Assembly (NCBI GenBank): GCA_903878285.1
Contig: CAIRHB010000002.1
Location: 808-64,807, forward strand
Direction: 5' to 3'
DNA from: Candidatus Adlerbacteria bacterium
GTDB taxonomy: Bacteria; Patescibacteriota; Minisyncoccia; Phycocordibacterales; SBAW01
Length of the DNA stretch: 64,000 bases
Shown piece by piece: positions 54,881 through 64,000 of this stretch. The notes below the pieces were generated by a model. That model was not told the DNA's origin. It did no database searches and saw only the letters and a program-made list of their open reading frames with translations. How positions within the stretch are numbered: position 1 is the first letter of the stretch; each line of letters starts with the position of its first letter. The position numbers and the translations under genes are program-made.

Positions 54881-55099
54881 TTAGCGAACCAGCAGGAGCT
54901 TCGACGGCGCGTGGTGGCCGCTTACGATGCGCACCTGGGCAGGAGTGACGGACAGTTCGGCCGCAACCAGCTCGACCACACGGTGGTTGGCGCGATTTTG
55001 CTCGGCTGGCTCTTTGACCGAGACAGCAAAGTGCGTGTCGGACAGCTTTTTGACCGATTCGCGCTTAGCATCGGTCGTGACGCGGACATGGATATACAT
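54881..55099 (-). CDS. DUF167 (YggU-like, UPF0235) protein
   Basis: 72 aa with the MYIHVRVTTDAK...ANHRVVELVAAEL...VRIVSG pattern of the family. Confidence 0.7.
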   Translation of the reverse strand: MYIHVRVTTDAKRESVKKLSDTHFAVSVKEPAEQNRANHRVVELVAAELSVTPAQVRIVSGHHAPSKLLLVR

Positions 55100-55168
55100 A
55101 GACCTCTCTACTATACGCGCGCCTAGCGTTTTTGGGCACTATGGTATACTATAGAACACACAATCGCT

Positions 55169-55687
55169 TTGGACACTACTCGCATCAATCAGCAGATCCG
55201 CGCGGCGGAAGTTCGTGTTGTCGGCCCCGAGGGGGAGAATTTTGGCGTGCTGTCCTTGGCGGAGGCGCTTGCGCGAGCGGAGGCAGCGGGGCTCGACCTG
55301 ATCGAGATATCCCCTAACGCTGTCCCCCCGGTTGCAAAAATCATGGAGTATGGTAAATTCCAATACGAACAGGAGAAAAAGCGGCGGGATATCAAGTCGA
55401 AATCCCACGCGACCGAGACAAAGAGCGTCCAGGTCAAGATCGGCACCGGCGAAAACGACCTAAACCTCAAGGCAAAACGGGCAGCCGAGTGGCTGCGCGA
55501 GGGGCATCGGGTCAAGGTGGATCTCTTCCTGTGGGGGCGGTACAAGTATATGGAGTTCGAGTTCCTCAAAGAGCGGCTGGAGCGATTTCTCAAGCTGATC
55601 CCCGAGGAGTACCGCATGGGCGACAGCATCCAAAAGAGCCCCAAAGGACTCACCACCGTTATCGAAAGAGCCGCAAAAAAGAGCTAA
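55169..55687 (+). CDS. infC: Translation initiation factor IF-3
   Basis: INQQIRAAEVRVVGPEGE..GVLSLAEALARAEAAGLDLIEIS. It is first in an infC-rpmI-rplT operon. Confidence 0.9.
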   Translation: MDTTRINQQIRAAEVRVVGPEGENFGVLSLAEALARAEAAGLDLIEISPNAVPPVAKIMEYGKFQYEQEKKRRDIKSKSHATETKSVQVKIGTGENDLNLKAKRAAEWLREGHRVKVDLFLWGRYKYMEFEFLKERLERFLKLIPEEYRMGDSIQKSPKGLTTVIERAAKKS

Positions 55688-55731
55688 AAGAAATAATCCT
55701 TCGACTTCGCTCAGGATAAATTAGGAAATGT

Positions 55732-55932
55732 ATGAAAACAAACAAATCATTTACCAAGCGCCTCAAGCTCACCAGCACGGGCAAGATTGTCGCGCGCAAG
55801 CCGGGCAAAAACCACTTTAACGCAAAGGAGAGCCGCTCGACACAGCTGGACAACAACCGCACGCAGGATTGGGCTGTCACTGCAAAAGTGTCGCAGCGCT
55901 ATATCAAGACCGCATCGCCGTCGAAGCGTTAA
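55732..55932 (+). CDS. rpmI: 50S ribosomal protein L35
   Basis: 66 aa, basic, with a KLTSTGKIVARKPGKNH pattern. Confidence 0.85.
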   Translation: MKTNKSFTKRLKLTSTGKIVARKPGKNHFNAKESRSTQLDNNRTQDWAVTAKVSQRYIKTASPSKR

Positions 55933-55956
55933 TTTATTTATTTTTAATTCACCTGT

Positions 55957-56328
55957 ATGGCACGTGTAAAAGGAGGAGTCAGTGCGATGAAGCGCCGCAA
56001 GAATATTCTTGCGATGACCAAGGGCTACCGGTTTGGCCGCTCGACCAAAACCCGTATGGCGAAGGAGGCGATCTTCCACGCCGGCAAGTACGCCTTCGCA
56101 CACCGCCGCGATAAAAAGAACGACTTCCGCAAGCTGTGGAACGTCCGTATCAACGCAGGGCTCGACACCGCCGGCACCGTCGCCAGCGCCAACCAAAAGC
56201 CGCTTTCCTACTCTCGCCTGATCAACAACCTCAAAAAGGCAAACATCACCCTCAACCGCAAGATGCTCGCCCTCTTGGCAGAGACTCGTCCAGAAACATT
56301 CGTGCGTGTTGTCGAGAAGGTGAAGTAA
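55957..56328 (+). CDS. rplT: 50S ribosomal protein L20
   Basis: MARVKGGVSAMKRRKNILAMTKGYRFGRS... matches the L20 family. Confidence 0.9.
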   Translation: MARVKGGVSAMKRRKNILAMTKGYRFGRSTKTRMAKEAIFHAGKYAFAHRRDKKNDFRKLWNVRINAGLDTAGTVASANQKPLSYSRLINNLKKANITLNRKMLALLAETRPETFVRVVEKVK

Positions 56329-56468
56329 AACTGTCCATGTTACACTGTGCAGTATGATTGCTGCAATAAAATTTGCGCCCGCAAAAGAGCAGGCAGATAT
56401 CGAGAAGTTGTACGGCAAACCATCTCATAAAAGCGTGCGTTCGGTACGCGCTCATGTATAAGCTATCC

Positions 56469-57317
56469 TTAGCTAAGCAGAATCACTCCGGCCGTTACAA
56501 GCACTGCTGCTGCAAGCTTTCTGCCAAGATCTCCCCTCTCTTTTAAGAATATAACCGCCAACAAGACGGTAACAATGACCGACGCTTGCCGTATCGTGCC
56601 AACTTGAGCAGTGTTGCCTCCATAGGTAAGCGCCAAAAGATACAGGACGCCCTGCGTAGCACTACAAACAACCAGCGGCAACATTTTTGTAAGGAAATTT
56701 GGCCGAACAAATTGTCTCCATTGCAACAACGCCTTTGGATAAAAAGCCAATATGAAAAATCCACTCAGAAAGTTGGAGAAAGTGCTATACGCAAGGACAT
56801 CATAGTGCTGCACATTCGCCGAGTCCACCACTATCGCCAAACCTCCAAACACAGTCATTGCCAACGTATATAAAAGCCCCATATCAAACCTAAAGCTCTT
56901 CCCCAGTTTCACTACCAGAAAAGTTGCAGCTAGGATTAGAGCAGCGCCGAGCGCATTCCAGCCAGTAAATATTTGATTGAGAAACACAATCGAAGCCACG
57001 ATAGTGATTACCACCCTTAGACCAGACACGATGATTAACTCTGAAGCCTCAACCAGCTGTAATGCTTTAAACAGAAATACTTGGCACAACCCCCACAACA
57101 CTGCCGCAAGAAAGAGCAGGTAGATGTTTCCACTAAAAAAAGAAAAATTGGAACCCTTCAGTAATCCAAAGATAAGAACTAAGAATCCCAACAGGAAATG
57201 AAAGATGACCGTATAGGAATACGGATTACTCGTATCGTCTCGCATCAATACTCTTTGGAGAATTGTAGCCGCTGAGGAGATAAAAACGCTTAACAGTGTG
57301 AGCACAAGCCAACTCAT
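56469..57317 (-). CDS. EamA/DMT-family transporter
   Basis: Ten hydrophobic helices in two EamA-like halves. Confidence 0.7.
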   Translation of the reverse strand: MSWLVLTLLSVFISSAATILQRVLMRDDTSNPYSYTVIFHFLLGFLVLIFGLLKGSNFSFFSGNIYLLFLAAVLWGLCQVFLFKALQLVEASELIIVSGLRVVITIVASIVFLNQIFTGWNALGAALILAATFLVVKLGKSFRFDMGLLYTLAMTVFGGLAIVVDSANVQHYDVLAYSTFSNFLSGFFILAFYPKALLQWRQFVRPNFLTKMLPLVVCSATQGVLYLLALTYGGNTAQVGTIRQASVIVTVLLAVIFLKERGDLGRKLAAAVLVTAGVILLS

Positions 57318-57338
57318 AAAGTAATTATACTAGTAAGT

Positions 57339-57938
57339 TTAACCCTCCATCGGCTCGAAGTGGAAGGAGGCGCGGTTGATGCGGTCTTTTTTGACCAGCT
57401 CGATAACCTGCTCGACGAGCGCCTTGGGGTCGCTGTCGAAAACGATATGGTCGTTAGGACGATGGCCGTTTTTCAAAATATCTTTAATTACCTCCGCTGT
57501 TTCCCACGAGCCCTCGAGCACGCCGATCGGTTTTTTGTCTTCAAATGCGATAGTGAACTCGTGTATCGTGCCGATCCGCCCACAGCCAAAGAGCATGCCG
57601 TCGACCGAGCGCGTAAAGATGAGGTCGCGCCCGGGGTAGCCAAAGCCGGTGTAGACAATTAAATCCATGTACTCGACCGGCAGGTTGTACAGCTCGATAT
57701 GCTCCTTTTCGGAGTTCGCAGGTGAGAAGCCGATCGACAGCCCACCACGCTCCTTGACCCCCATCGCTCCCCACAGCGGGAAGCCGGTCGTCGCGCCCGT
57801 CACGAGCGCAGCACCCTGCTCGGCGATTTGATGTCCAAGCTCAACACCTTGCTCGTACGCATTCGGCCCGCAGTGCCCCGTCTCTGCCGCGCCCGATATG
57901 CCGAGTTTAATCTGCAAGTGTAAATTTTTTGGATTCAT
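57339..57938 (-). CDS. LOG-family / TIGR00725-type Rossmann-fold protein
   Basis: GISGAAETG...GAALVTGATTG...GGLSIGFSPA pattern of LOG/SLOG nucleotide-binding proteins. Confidence 0.55.
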   Translation of the reverse strand: MNPKNLHLQIKLGISGAAETGHCGPNAYEQGVELGHQIAEQGAALVTGATTGFPLWGAMGVKERGGLSIGFSPANSEKEHIELYNLPVEYMDLIVYTGFGYPGRDLIFTRSVDGMLFGCGRIGTIHEFTIAFEDKKPIGVLEGSWETAEVIKDILKNGHRPNDHIVFDSDPKALVEQVIELVKKDRINRASFHFEPMEG

Positions 57939-57956
57939 GCACTTCGTATTGTAGCA

Positions 57957-59384
57957 CTAGAACTCAATCACTGCCGACTCGTGTTGCTCGGGGGCGGTGG
58001 CGCGGATGGCGAGATAGTCGCGGATGCGCTGGACGAGGAAGCCGGAGGCAACGGGCTCACCCATCACGACGAACACCTCCCTCAGTGGCGAGGCCTCGGT
58101 CGAAGCACCTGCCACTTGGTTGACAAAGTCAAGCAGTTGCTCGCCATCCATATGTGCCGAGTAGCTGTACATGGTCTCAATGCGGCAGCGCACCGCCACC
58201 GTCTCGCCTTTGATATCCACCTTTTTTGCACCGTCGACCAACTTGCGCCCAAGACTCCCCGCCGCTTGGTAGCCAACAATCAGCAAGGTTGACTGCTCGT
58301 CGGAGAGGATCTCGCGTTCGTGCGCGACCACGCGCCCACCGTTGCTCATGCCAGAGCCCGCGATCAAAATCTTCGCGCCCCTCTCCTGCCGCACCTTCTG
58401 CGACTCACGGACATCGTGCACGAAGTGCAGATTGGGGAACGAGAAGATATGTTCGCCACCTTTGATGCGCGCTTGGATCTCCTCGCTAAAGTACTGCGGG
58501 TGTGCCAAGTAGGCGGCGGTAATCTTCTCTGCGAGCGGCGAGTCGATGTAGACTGGCATCGTGGGAATCTTTTTCTCCAAGACCAGCGAGCGGATCTCAA
58601 ACAAAATATCCTGCGTGCGCTCGGTCGAAAAGGCAGGGATTAGTACAGTGCCGCCCTTGGAGGCTGTTTCGTTGATGATTTTTTCCAATTGATCGCGGCG
58701 ATGTGAGTCATCCTCGCGCGTGCGATCGCCGTAGACGCTCTCCATCACGACATAGTTCGCCCCCGCAGGGATCTCGACCGGCGGCAAGAGCGGCGAGTTG
58801 CCCCCGCCGAGGTCGCCGGTAAACGCCACGGTGCGCACCTGGCCAGCGTCCTCGCGACGAAAAACGGCAATCGCCGAGCCCAAGATATGCCCCGCGTCGT
58901 AGAGCTCGACCGACACACCGTCGCCGAGGTCGACCTTTTGATGATACGGTACCGCCTCCCATTGGCTCATCGCCTGTGCGATATCCGCTTCGCTGTAGAG
59001 CGGGTCTTTGCCGACATGCTCGGCGGTGCGAGCAGACAAATCCATCGCATCAAACAGCAGCGGCTCGGCAAGCGCCTTCGTTGCCTCAGTTGAGATAATC
59101 TTGCCGCGAAAGCCATCGTGCACAAGCTTGGGGATCCGGCCGATGTGGTCAATGTGCGCGTGCGTGTTAATCAACACAGAAATATCGGCAGGGTTGAATT
59201 GAAATGCGTCCCAGTTGCTATCCTCGAACGAGTGCTTGCCTTGAAACAAACCGCAATCGATGAGAATCTTTTTTTCGCCCGTATCTAACAAAAAGTTCGA
59301 ACCCGTCACCGACCCTGCGCCGCCGTAAAAGATGATTTTTGATTGCATGTACCTAGTATAGCTCCTCGACTCCACTCGGAGCAA
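57957..59384 (-). CDS. MBL-fold metallo-hydrolase with beta-CASP region (RNase J / CPSF-like)
   Basis: HAHIDH metal motif and a beta-CASP-type middle region. The more likely start is the Met at 59348 (MQSKIIFYGG). Confidence 0.75.
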   Translation of the reverse strand: MLRVESRSYTRYMQSKIIFYGGAGSVTGSNFLLDTGEKKILIDCGLFQGKHSFEDSNWDAFQFNPADISVLINTHAHIDHIGRIPKLVHDGFRGKIISTEATKALAEPLLFDAMDLSARTAEHVGKDPLYSEADIAQAMSQWEAVPYHQKVDLGDGVSVELYDAGHILGSAIAVFRREDAGQVRTVAFTGDLGGGNSPLLPPVEIPAGANYVVMESVYGDRTREDDSHRRDQLEKIINETASKGGTVLIPAFSTERTQDILFEIRSLVLEKKIPTMPVYIDSPLAEKITAAYLAHPQYFSEEIQARIKGGEHIFSFPNLHFVHDVRESQKVRQERGAKILIAGSGMSNGGRVVAHEREILSDEQSTLLIVGYQAAGSLGRKLVDGAKKVDIKGETVAVRCRIETMYSYSAHMDGEQLLDFVNQVAGASTEASPLREVFVVMGEPVASGFLVQRIRDYLAIRATAPEQHESAVIEF

Positions 59385-59581
59385 TCAAAAATCCCTCCGA
59401 AGAGGGATTTTTGATTGGACCACGAAAGCAAGCGTCTTGCTGTATCATAAGTGGGTGTTCTGTGAGCCACACCAAGGTGCTGCCCAACTTCCAAACTCCC
59501 TGCAAAACACTACAGACATTTGCCTTCGTAGTCCTGCCCCTAGTATACCAAACCAGCAAAAATGGCAAACTCTTGGCGAGT

Positions 59582-60196
59582 TTATTCATCAATCCCAAAA
59601 CGCTTGTAGGTGTAGATGGTTTTTTTATCGCCAAACCAATACTCGATCTCGTGTGTTGCCTCCTCGGTCGTCTCGGACGCATGCGCGAGGTTAAAGACCG
59701 CGCGCTTGTCGACATTGGCACTAATCGCCGAGTCAGCAGAGTAGTCGCCGCGGATGGTGCCAATCTCTGCCAAGTACGGCATCGTGGGGCCGACGATTTT
59801 GCGTACCATGTCGACCGCATGCACGCCCTGTACCACCATCCGTACCATCGGCGCCGAGGTGAGATAGCTGACGAGCCAGCCGCGCACTACCTTTCCTACC
59901 TCAAGCAGGTCGGAGCTGCCGAAATCTTTTTGTAGGTCAGTCACATCGCGCCCGTACTTTTCGTATGTCGAGAGCGTCTTCTCGCCGAGGCGGCGAATCC
60001 ACTTCTCTTCCTTTGGATAATGATTGTCGATCTCTTCGCGCGTCGCGAGAAACATATCGAGTGCCACAATCTTCAAATCACGCTGCTCAAACCGCTTGAT
60101 AATCTCGCCGACGAGCCCCTTCTGCACGCCGTCGGGCTTCACCATCACGAATGTCTTCTCCTCTTTTGGCTGTATCATGCTGGCACTGTACAACAA
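59582..60196 (-). CDS. ndk: Nucleoside diphosphate kinase (with internal insertion)
   Basis: EKTFVMVKPDGVQKGLVGEIIKRFE and the downstream NxxHxS block. It is about 60 aa longer than typical Ndk. Confidence 0.8.
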   Translation of the reverse strand: MLYSASMIQPKEEKTFVMVKPDGVQKGLVGEIIKRFEQRDLKIVALDMFLATREEIDNHYPKEEKWIRRLGEKTLSTYEKYGRDVTDLQKDFGSSDLLEVGKVVRGWLVSYLTSAPMVRMVVQGVHAVDMVRKIVGPTMPYLAEIGTIRGDYSADSAISANVDKRAVFNLAHASETTEEATHEIEYWFGDKKTIYTYKRFGIDE

Positions 60197-60244
60197 AAGA
60201 GATGCGGATGCAAAAAATAAGAGAAAAGGTACCTGACACCTTTT

Positions 60245-61009
60245 TTAAAACGTGGTCAAAATCTCGCAACCGTCGCGGGTGACGATGATAGTCTGCTCAA
60301 ACTCGGCACTGCGCAGCCCGTCGCGGGTGGTGTATGTCCACAGGTCGGCACCCAAGACCACCTGCGGCTTGCCTTCGCAAAAAATCGGCTCGATAGCGAG
60401 CACCAGCCCCTCGACGAGCATCTCGCCCTCGCCAGCCTTCCCCTCGTTGGGGATAAATGGCTTTTCGTGCACGGTCTTGCCGAGCGAGTGCCCGCCTAAA
60501 TCCTCGGCAATGGTGAACTTGTATTTGCGTGCAACGCGCTCAATCGCCGCACCAATGTCGCCCACGTGCGCACCGTGTCGCACTACCTTCAAAGCCTCGG
60601 CGAGCGCTTCGCGCGAGGCGGCAACCAACTCGCGGCCACGCGCATCACCCTTGCCCGCGATCACCGTGTATGCCGCATCAGAGAAAAAGCCGTTGTAAGA
60701 AACGCCGAGGTCGAGCATCACGATGTCGCCGTCCATAACCACCTTATCCTCGGTCGGGATACCATGCACCACCTCGTCGTTGATCGACACGCACAGCGCC
60801 GCGGGGAATGGATACGCAGCACCAGCGGGCTTGTAGTTGAGAAACGCGGGCAATCCGCCACGCTCACGTATCATCTTTTCTGCCGCCAAATCGAGCTCGG
60901 CAGCGTTCACTCCCAGCTTCACCAACTTCGCGGTCGCGAGGAGCACATCAGCAAGGATATGTCCCGCCTCGCGTAAGTTCTCTCTGTCACTATCATTCTT
61001 AACAATCAT
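60245..61009 (-). CDS. map: Methionine aminopeptidase type I
   Basis: MIVKNDSDRENLREAG..., metal-binding D/D/H/E/E pattern, 254 aa. Confidence 0.9.
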   Translation of the reverse strand: MIVKNDSDRENLREAGHILADVLLATAKLVKLGVNAAELDLAAEKMIRERGGLPAFLNYKPAGAAYPFPAALCVSINDEVVHGIPTEDKVVMDGDIVMLDLGVSYNGFFSDAAYTVIAGKGDARGRELVAASREALAEALKVVRHGAHVGDIGAAIERVARKYKFTIAEDLGGHSLGKTVHEKPFIPNEGKAGEGEMLVEGLVLAIEPIFCEGKPQVVLGADLWTYTTRDGLRSAEFEQTIIVTRDGCEILTTF

Positions 61010-61030
61010 ACTATTACGCCGCTTGTACCA

Positions 61031-61642
61031 TTATGCTAGGACACCAGCAGCAGCGAGCCCGAGCCGCGCGCGGATATCCGCCTGTACCTCCTCGGCCGAG
61101 CGCTCGCCGTCGACGTCGATTACTTCATACAACGGCTGCGTGCGAAACCACGCGATGTTGGGGATCGTCTCCTCGCGCGACCAGCGGAGACGATGGCGGA
61201 TGCTCTCCTCGGTGTCGTCGTGCCGACCACGCTTGAGCAAGCGCGCCACCGCCTCGTCGTCGGAGATGTTGATACACAGAACGAAAATCTTCTCACGGTT
61301 GTAAAACTCCATCGCAGAGTGGAGCGCGGGCACTTGGTCGGCCTGCCGTGGGAAGCCGTCGACGATCAGGTGCTCGTTACCGTGCATGTGGTCGATCAAA
61401 TAATTTGAAAACTGTGCCGAGCTGATAAAGTAGGAGATCAGTTCGCCGTCGGCGAGCACTTGGCGCACCTTCTGGGGTGTGTAGCCGTCGCGCGACGCGA
61501 GCTCGCGCAACTGCTTGCCCATCTCGAAGTGGACAACGGGGCGTGCCGCGTCGTTGGTCGACAAAAACTCCTTCAGCAAGGCGATTTGCGTCCCCTTGCC
61601 GCACCCCTGCGGCCCCAAAAAGACGGCGGTGAGTTGGTTCAC
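61031..61642 (-). CDS. adk: Adenylate kinase
   Basis: P-loop GPQGCGKGTQ and a VDGFPR NMP-binding motif. Confidence 0.9.
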   Translation of the reverse strand: MNQLTAVFLGPQGCGKGTQIALLKEFLSTNDAARPVVHFEMGKQLRELASRDGYTPQKVRQVLADGELISYFISSAQFSNYLIDHMHGNEHLIVDGFPRQADQVPALHSAMEFYNREKIFVLCINISDDEAVARLLKRGRHDDTEESIRHRLRWSREETIPNIAWFRTQPLYEVIDVDGERSAEEVQADIRARLGLAAAGVLA

Positions 61643-61677
61643 GCTCCCTATAGTACCGAATTATCGTCAAAACACAA

Positions 61678-62274
61678 TCACTCGCTCTGCATAACACTGG
61701 CAAGCACGCGAGCAAACTCCTTCTTTGCAGCATCCAGCTCGCCGTAGGCGTTGGGCACTATAAAGTCCGCCTCCTGCTCGAACGAGAGTTCGCGATTGTA
61801 CCGCTCCTCCCGCTTTGCCAGCTCCTCCTCGCTCATCGGCGATCGGTCGAGGATGCGACGCTTGACGTCCTCCCACGAACCAGCGGTGATAAAAATGGTG
61901 ACCACCGACCTCTCCGGCAGCAGCGTCTTGATATTGCGCGCACCGATTGGCTCGACATCTTTGAGTACAAACTTCCCCGCCGCGAGCGCGTCGGTAATCG
62001 CTTGCTTGTCGGTGCCGTAGCAGTGCCCGCCGTCAATCATCACCCACTCGAGAAACCGATTGTCGCGCAGCGCCTGCTCGAACTCCTCGTTGGTCGCGAA
62101 GTGATACGACACCCCTTCGACCTCACCCTCGCGTATCGGGCGCGTCGTCCATGACCGAGGAAATACAATCTCGGGAAACTGCTCGCGCGCGTACTGCAGC
62201 AGCGTACTCTTCCCTGCCCCCGGCACGCCGACAATCAAAACAAGTTTCCCTTGCATGCCAACACTATAGCACAC
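61678..62274 (-). CDS. gmk: Guanylate kinase
   Basis: P-loop GVPGAGKST and the TTRPIREGEVEGVSYHF motif. Confidence 0.85.
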   Translation of the reverse strand: MCYSVGMQGKLVLIVGVPGAGKSTLLQYAREQFPEIVFPRSWTTRPIREGEVEGVSYHFATNEEFEQALRDNRFLEWVMIDGGHCYGTDKQAITDALAAGKFVLKDVEPIGARNIKTLLPERSVVTIFITAGSWEDVKRRILDRSPMSEEELAKREERYNRELSFEQEADFIVPNAYGELDAAKKEFARVLASVMQSE

Positions 62275-62304
62275 TGCGCCCGAGTTTCTAACAAAAAGGT
62301 GCGA

Positions 62305-63576
62305 TTAGTACTCGCGCAGGGAAATCTGCGCGTCGATGCGGCGCGAGAGGTCGAGGACGACCGAGACGACAATGAGGAGCGCGGTGCCGCCGAGGGTGAG
62401 CGTCTGGATGTTGGTGATGGACTGCATGATGGTCGGGAGGACGGCGATCACACCGAGGAAGAGCGCGCCGACGAAGGTGATACGGGTGATCACTTTGCTG
62501 AGGTAGTCGACCGTCGAGGCGCCAGGGCGCACGCCGGGTATAAACGCGCCGTTCTTCTGCAGGTTCTCGGCGATTTGGTGCGGGTCGAAGGTGACGGCGG
62601 TGTAGAAGTAGGTAAAGAGGAATACGAGGATAAAGTACAGCGTGCCGTAAATCCCTAGGTTTTGTAGCCAGTGGAGCACCATGCTTGCTGCGCCCGCGAG
62701 CCACGCCGTGTGCGACGTCGCGAAGAAGGTCGCCACCATCTGTGGGATGAGCAAGAGCGACAGCGCGAAGATGATGGGGATCACGCCTGCTTGGTTAAGC
62801 CGTAGCGGGAGGTAGGTCGACGAGCCACCGAAGAACTTCATCCCGCGGATGCGCTTGGCGTAAGTCACCGGCACTGGGCGCTCTGCCTCGGTCACCACCA
62901 CAACAGCTGCCACTATGGCGATTGCTGCAACCAAGAACGCGAGGTACGTCGGGATCTGTGCTGCGCTAAACGTAAAGAGCGCCTGGCTGGCGTCCCTTGG
63001 CAAGCGCGCGACAATACCCGCGAAGATGAGCACCGAGACACCATTACCAAGCCCAAACTCGGAGATCAGCTCGCCGAGCCACATCAGGAGCATCGAGCCG
63101 GCTGTCACCACGAGCAAGTTTGCTGCGAATTGAAATGGCGAGAGGCTGGAGAGAATCCCCTCGCGCTCGAGGATAAGCAAAAAACTGATACCCTGCACAA
63201 GCGCGATGGGCAGCGTGAGCAGCCGCGTGTACTGGCTAAAACGCTGGCGACCCGCCTCGCCCTCCTCTTGGTAGAGCTGCTTGAGACGCGGAATCATCAT
63301 CGTGAGCAGCTGAAGAATGATGGACGCGGTGATGTACGGGCCGACGCCGAGCAGGACGATCGAGAGGTTCGACAGCCCGCCACCCGAGAAGAGGTTGAGC
63401 AGACCAAAAAACTGATTGTTATTTAAAAAGTTTGCCAGCTGTGCCGCGTTGATGCCAGGGATCGGGATCGCCGCGAGGACGCGAAACATCGCGAGTGCGC
63501 CGAGTACGAAGAAGAGGCGGTTGCGGAGCAGCCTGTCCGAGAACAGAAGTGTTATTTTTTCGGCGAAGCCGGTCAT
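62305..63576 (-). CDS. secY: Preprotein translocase subunit SecY
   Basis: 423 aa, ten TM helices, SecY family patterns throughout. Confidence 0.95.
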   Translation of the reverse strand: MTGFAEKITLLFSDRLLRNRLFFVLGALAMFRVLAAIPIPGINAAQLANFLNNNQFFGLLNLFSGGGLSNLSIVLLGVGPYITASIILQLLTMMIPRLKQLYQEEGEAGRQRFSQYTRLLTLPIALVQGISFLLILEREGILSSLSPFQFAANLLVVTAGSMLLMWLGELISEFGLGNGVSVLIFAGIVARLPRDASQALFTFSAAQIPTYLAFLVAAIAIVAAVVVVTEAERPVPVTYAKRIRGMKFFGGSSTYLPLRLNQAGVIPIIFALSLLLIPQMVATFFATSHTAWLAGAASMVLHWLQNLGIYGTLYFILVFLFTYFYTAVTFDPHQIAENLQKNGAFIPGVRPGASTVDYLSKVITRITFVGALFLGVIAVLPTIMQSITNIQTLTLGGTALLIVVSVVLDLSRRIDAQISLREY

Positions 63577-63582
63577 AGTGTG

Positions 63583-64000
63583 TTACGCGAGAACCTGTCC
63601 CCCTGCCTTCTCAATCTTTATCTTAGCACTTGCGGAGACAACACAATCAGAAACAGTGAGCTTTTTGGTGATCTCGCCCGTGCCGAGGATTTTGACAATC
63701 GGCGTCGTGTCGCGGCGAACCGAGAGCACCCCGCGCTCGACCAAGATAATCGGCGAAACGGTGTCACCTGCAGCGAAGATGCGCTCGAGTGCCGCAACAT
63801 TGACCACCATCGGCTTGTCCTGGATGCTGTAGAGCCCCTGCACGCCACGACCGCGCAGCTTGGGGAGCTTCTTCAACTTCTCGCGGACGTCGGGGCGGAT
63901 GCTGTGCCCTGCGCGCGCCTTCTGACCCTTGGTGCCGCGGCCAGAGGTCTTGCCGCGCTTGCCGCCACGACCGACGCGCTTTGGCGTCTTGTTGGGAGTT
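63583..64000 (-). CDS. rplO: 50S ribosomal protein L15 (5' end beyond window)
   Basis: C-terminal L15 region (KLPKLRGRGV...). The upstream frame continues with the Gly/Arg/Lys-rich L15 N-terminal region to the window edge. Confidence 0.8.
   Translation of the reverse strand, partial: TPNKTPKRVGRGGKRGKTSGRGTKGQKARAGHSIRPDVREKLKKLPKLRGRGVQGLYSIQDKPMVVNVAALERIFAAGDTVSPIILVERGVLSVRRDTTPIVKILGTGEITKKLTVSDCVVSASAKIKIEKAGGQVLA

Overview
The window is a 64 kb, mostly GC-rich (~58-60%) bacterial chromosome segment. Gene content suggests a small-genome, probably CPR/Patescibacteria-like organism: type IV pilin, SIMPL, LOG, DUF167, a secY-adk-map-gmk cluster, infC-rpmI-rplT, smpB plus tmRNA, ftsH and recG. 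This assignment is inference only.

Core housekeeping genes occupy 1-2250, 3572-5728 and 29450-64000.

Between them lies a ~23.6 kb, clearly lower-GC accessory island (about 5740-29353) that abuts the 3' end of a tRNA-Ser(GCU) gene. The island is a tandem composite of two related but diverged modules, each carrying a ParB-nuclease/DNA-methyltransferase fusion, a small-terminase-like HTH protein and a large serine recombinase. Only the second module has a large terminase, and neither has phage structural genes. The following cargo is interleaved with these modules:
- a HEPN-like (Rx4H) protein with a membrane-anchored partner;
- a co-directional block of uncharacterised genes comprising a DUF4238-like protein, a DUF2188-like protein, an excisionase-type HTH gene, a 4-TM membrane protein, a 392-aa protein and two Cys-rich zinc-ribbon proteins with a possible frameshift;
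- a type III restriction-modification mod-res pair with an upstream HTH gene;
- a 1045-aa KAP-family P-loop NTPase with an N-terminal transmembrane domain (Tmn-like).

Smaller items of note elsewhere in the window:
- an AT-rich islet carrying an orphan MazF/PemK-like toxin next to a strong hairpin;
- a fused L,D-transpeptidase / D,D-carboxypeptidase;
- an 11-nt poly-C tract just upstream of a 900-aa peptidoglycan-binding beta-helix surface protein, a candidate phase-variation switch;
- a REP-associated HUH tyrosine transposase (RAYT) flanked by three copies of a palindromic REP hairpin;
- a tRNA-Ile with a UAU anticodon, flanked by a LAGLIDADG-like and an AT-rich HNH homing-endonuclease-like gene that share an ETDFWSKE motif;
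- a tmRNA with a G3-U70 acceptor pair directly downstream of smpB.

No CRISPR arrays or rRNA genes were seen.
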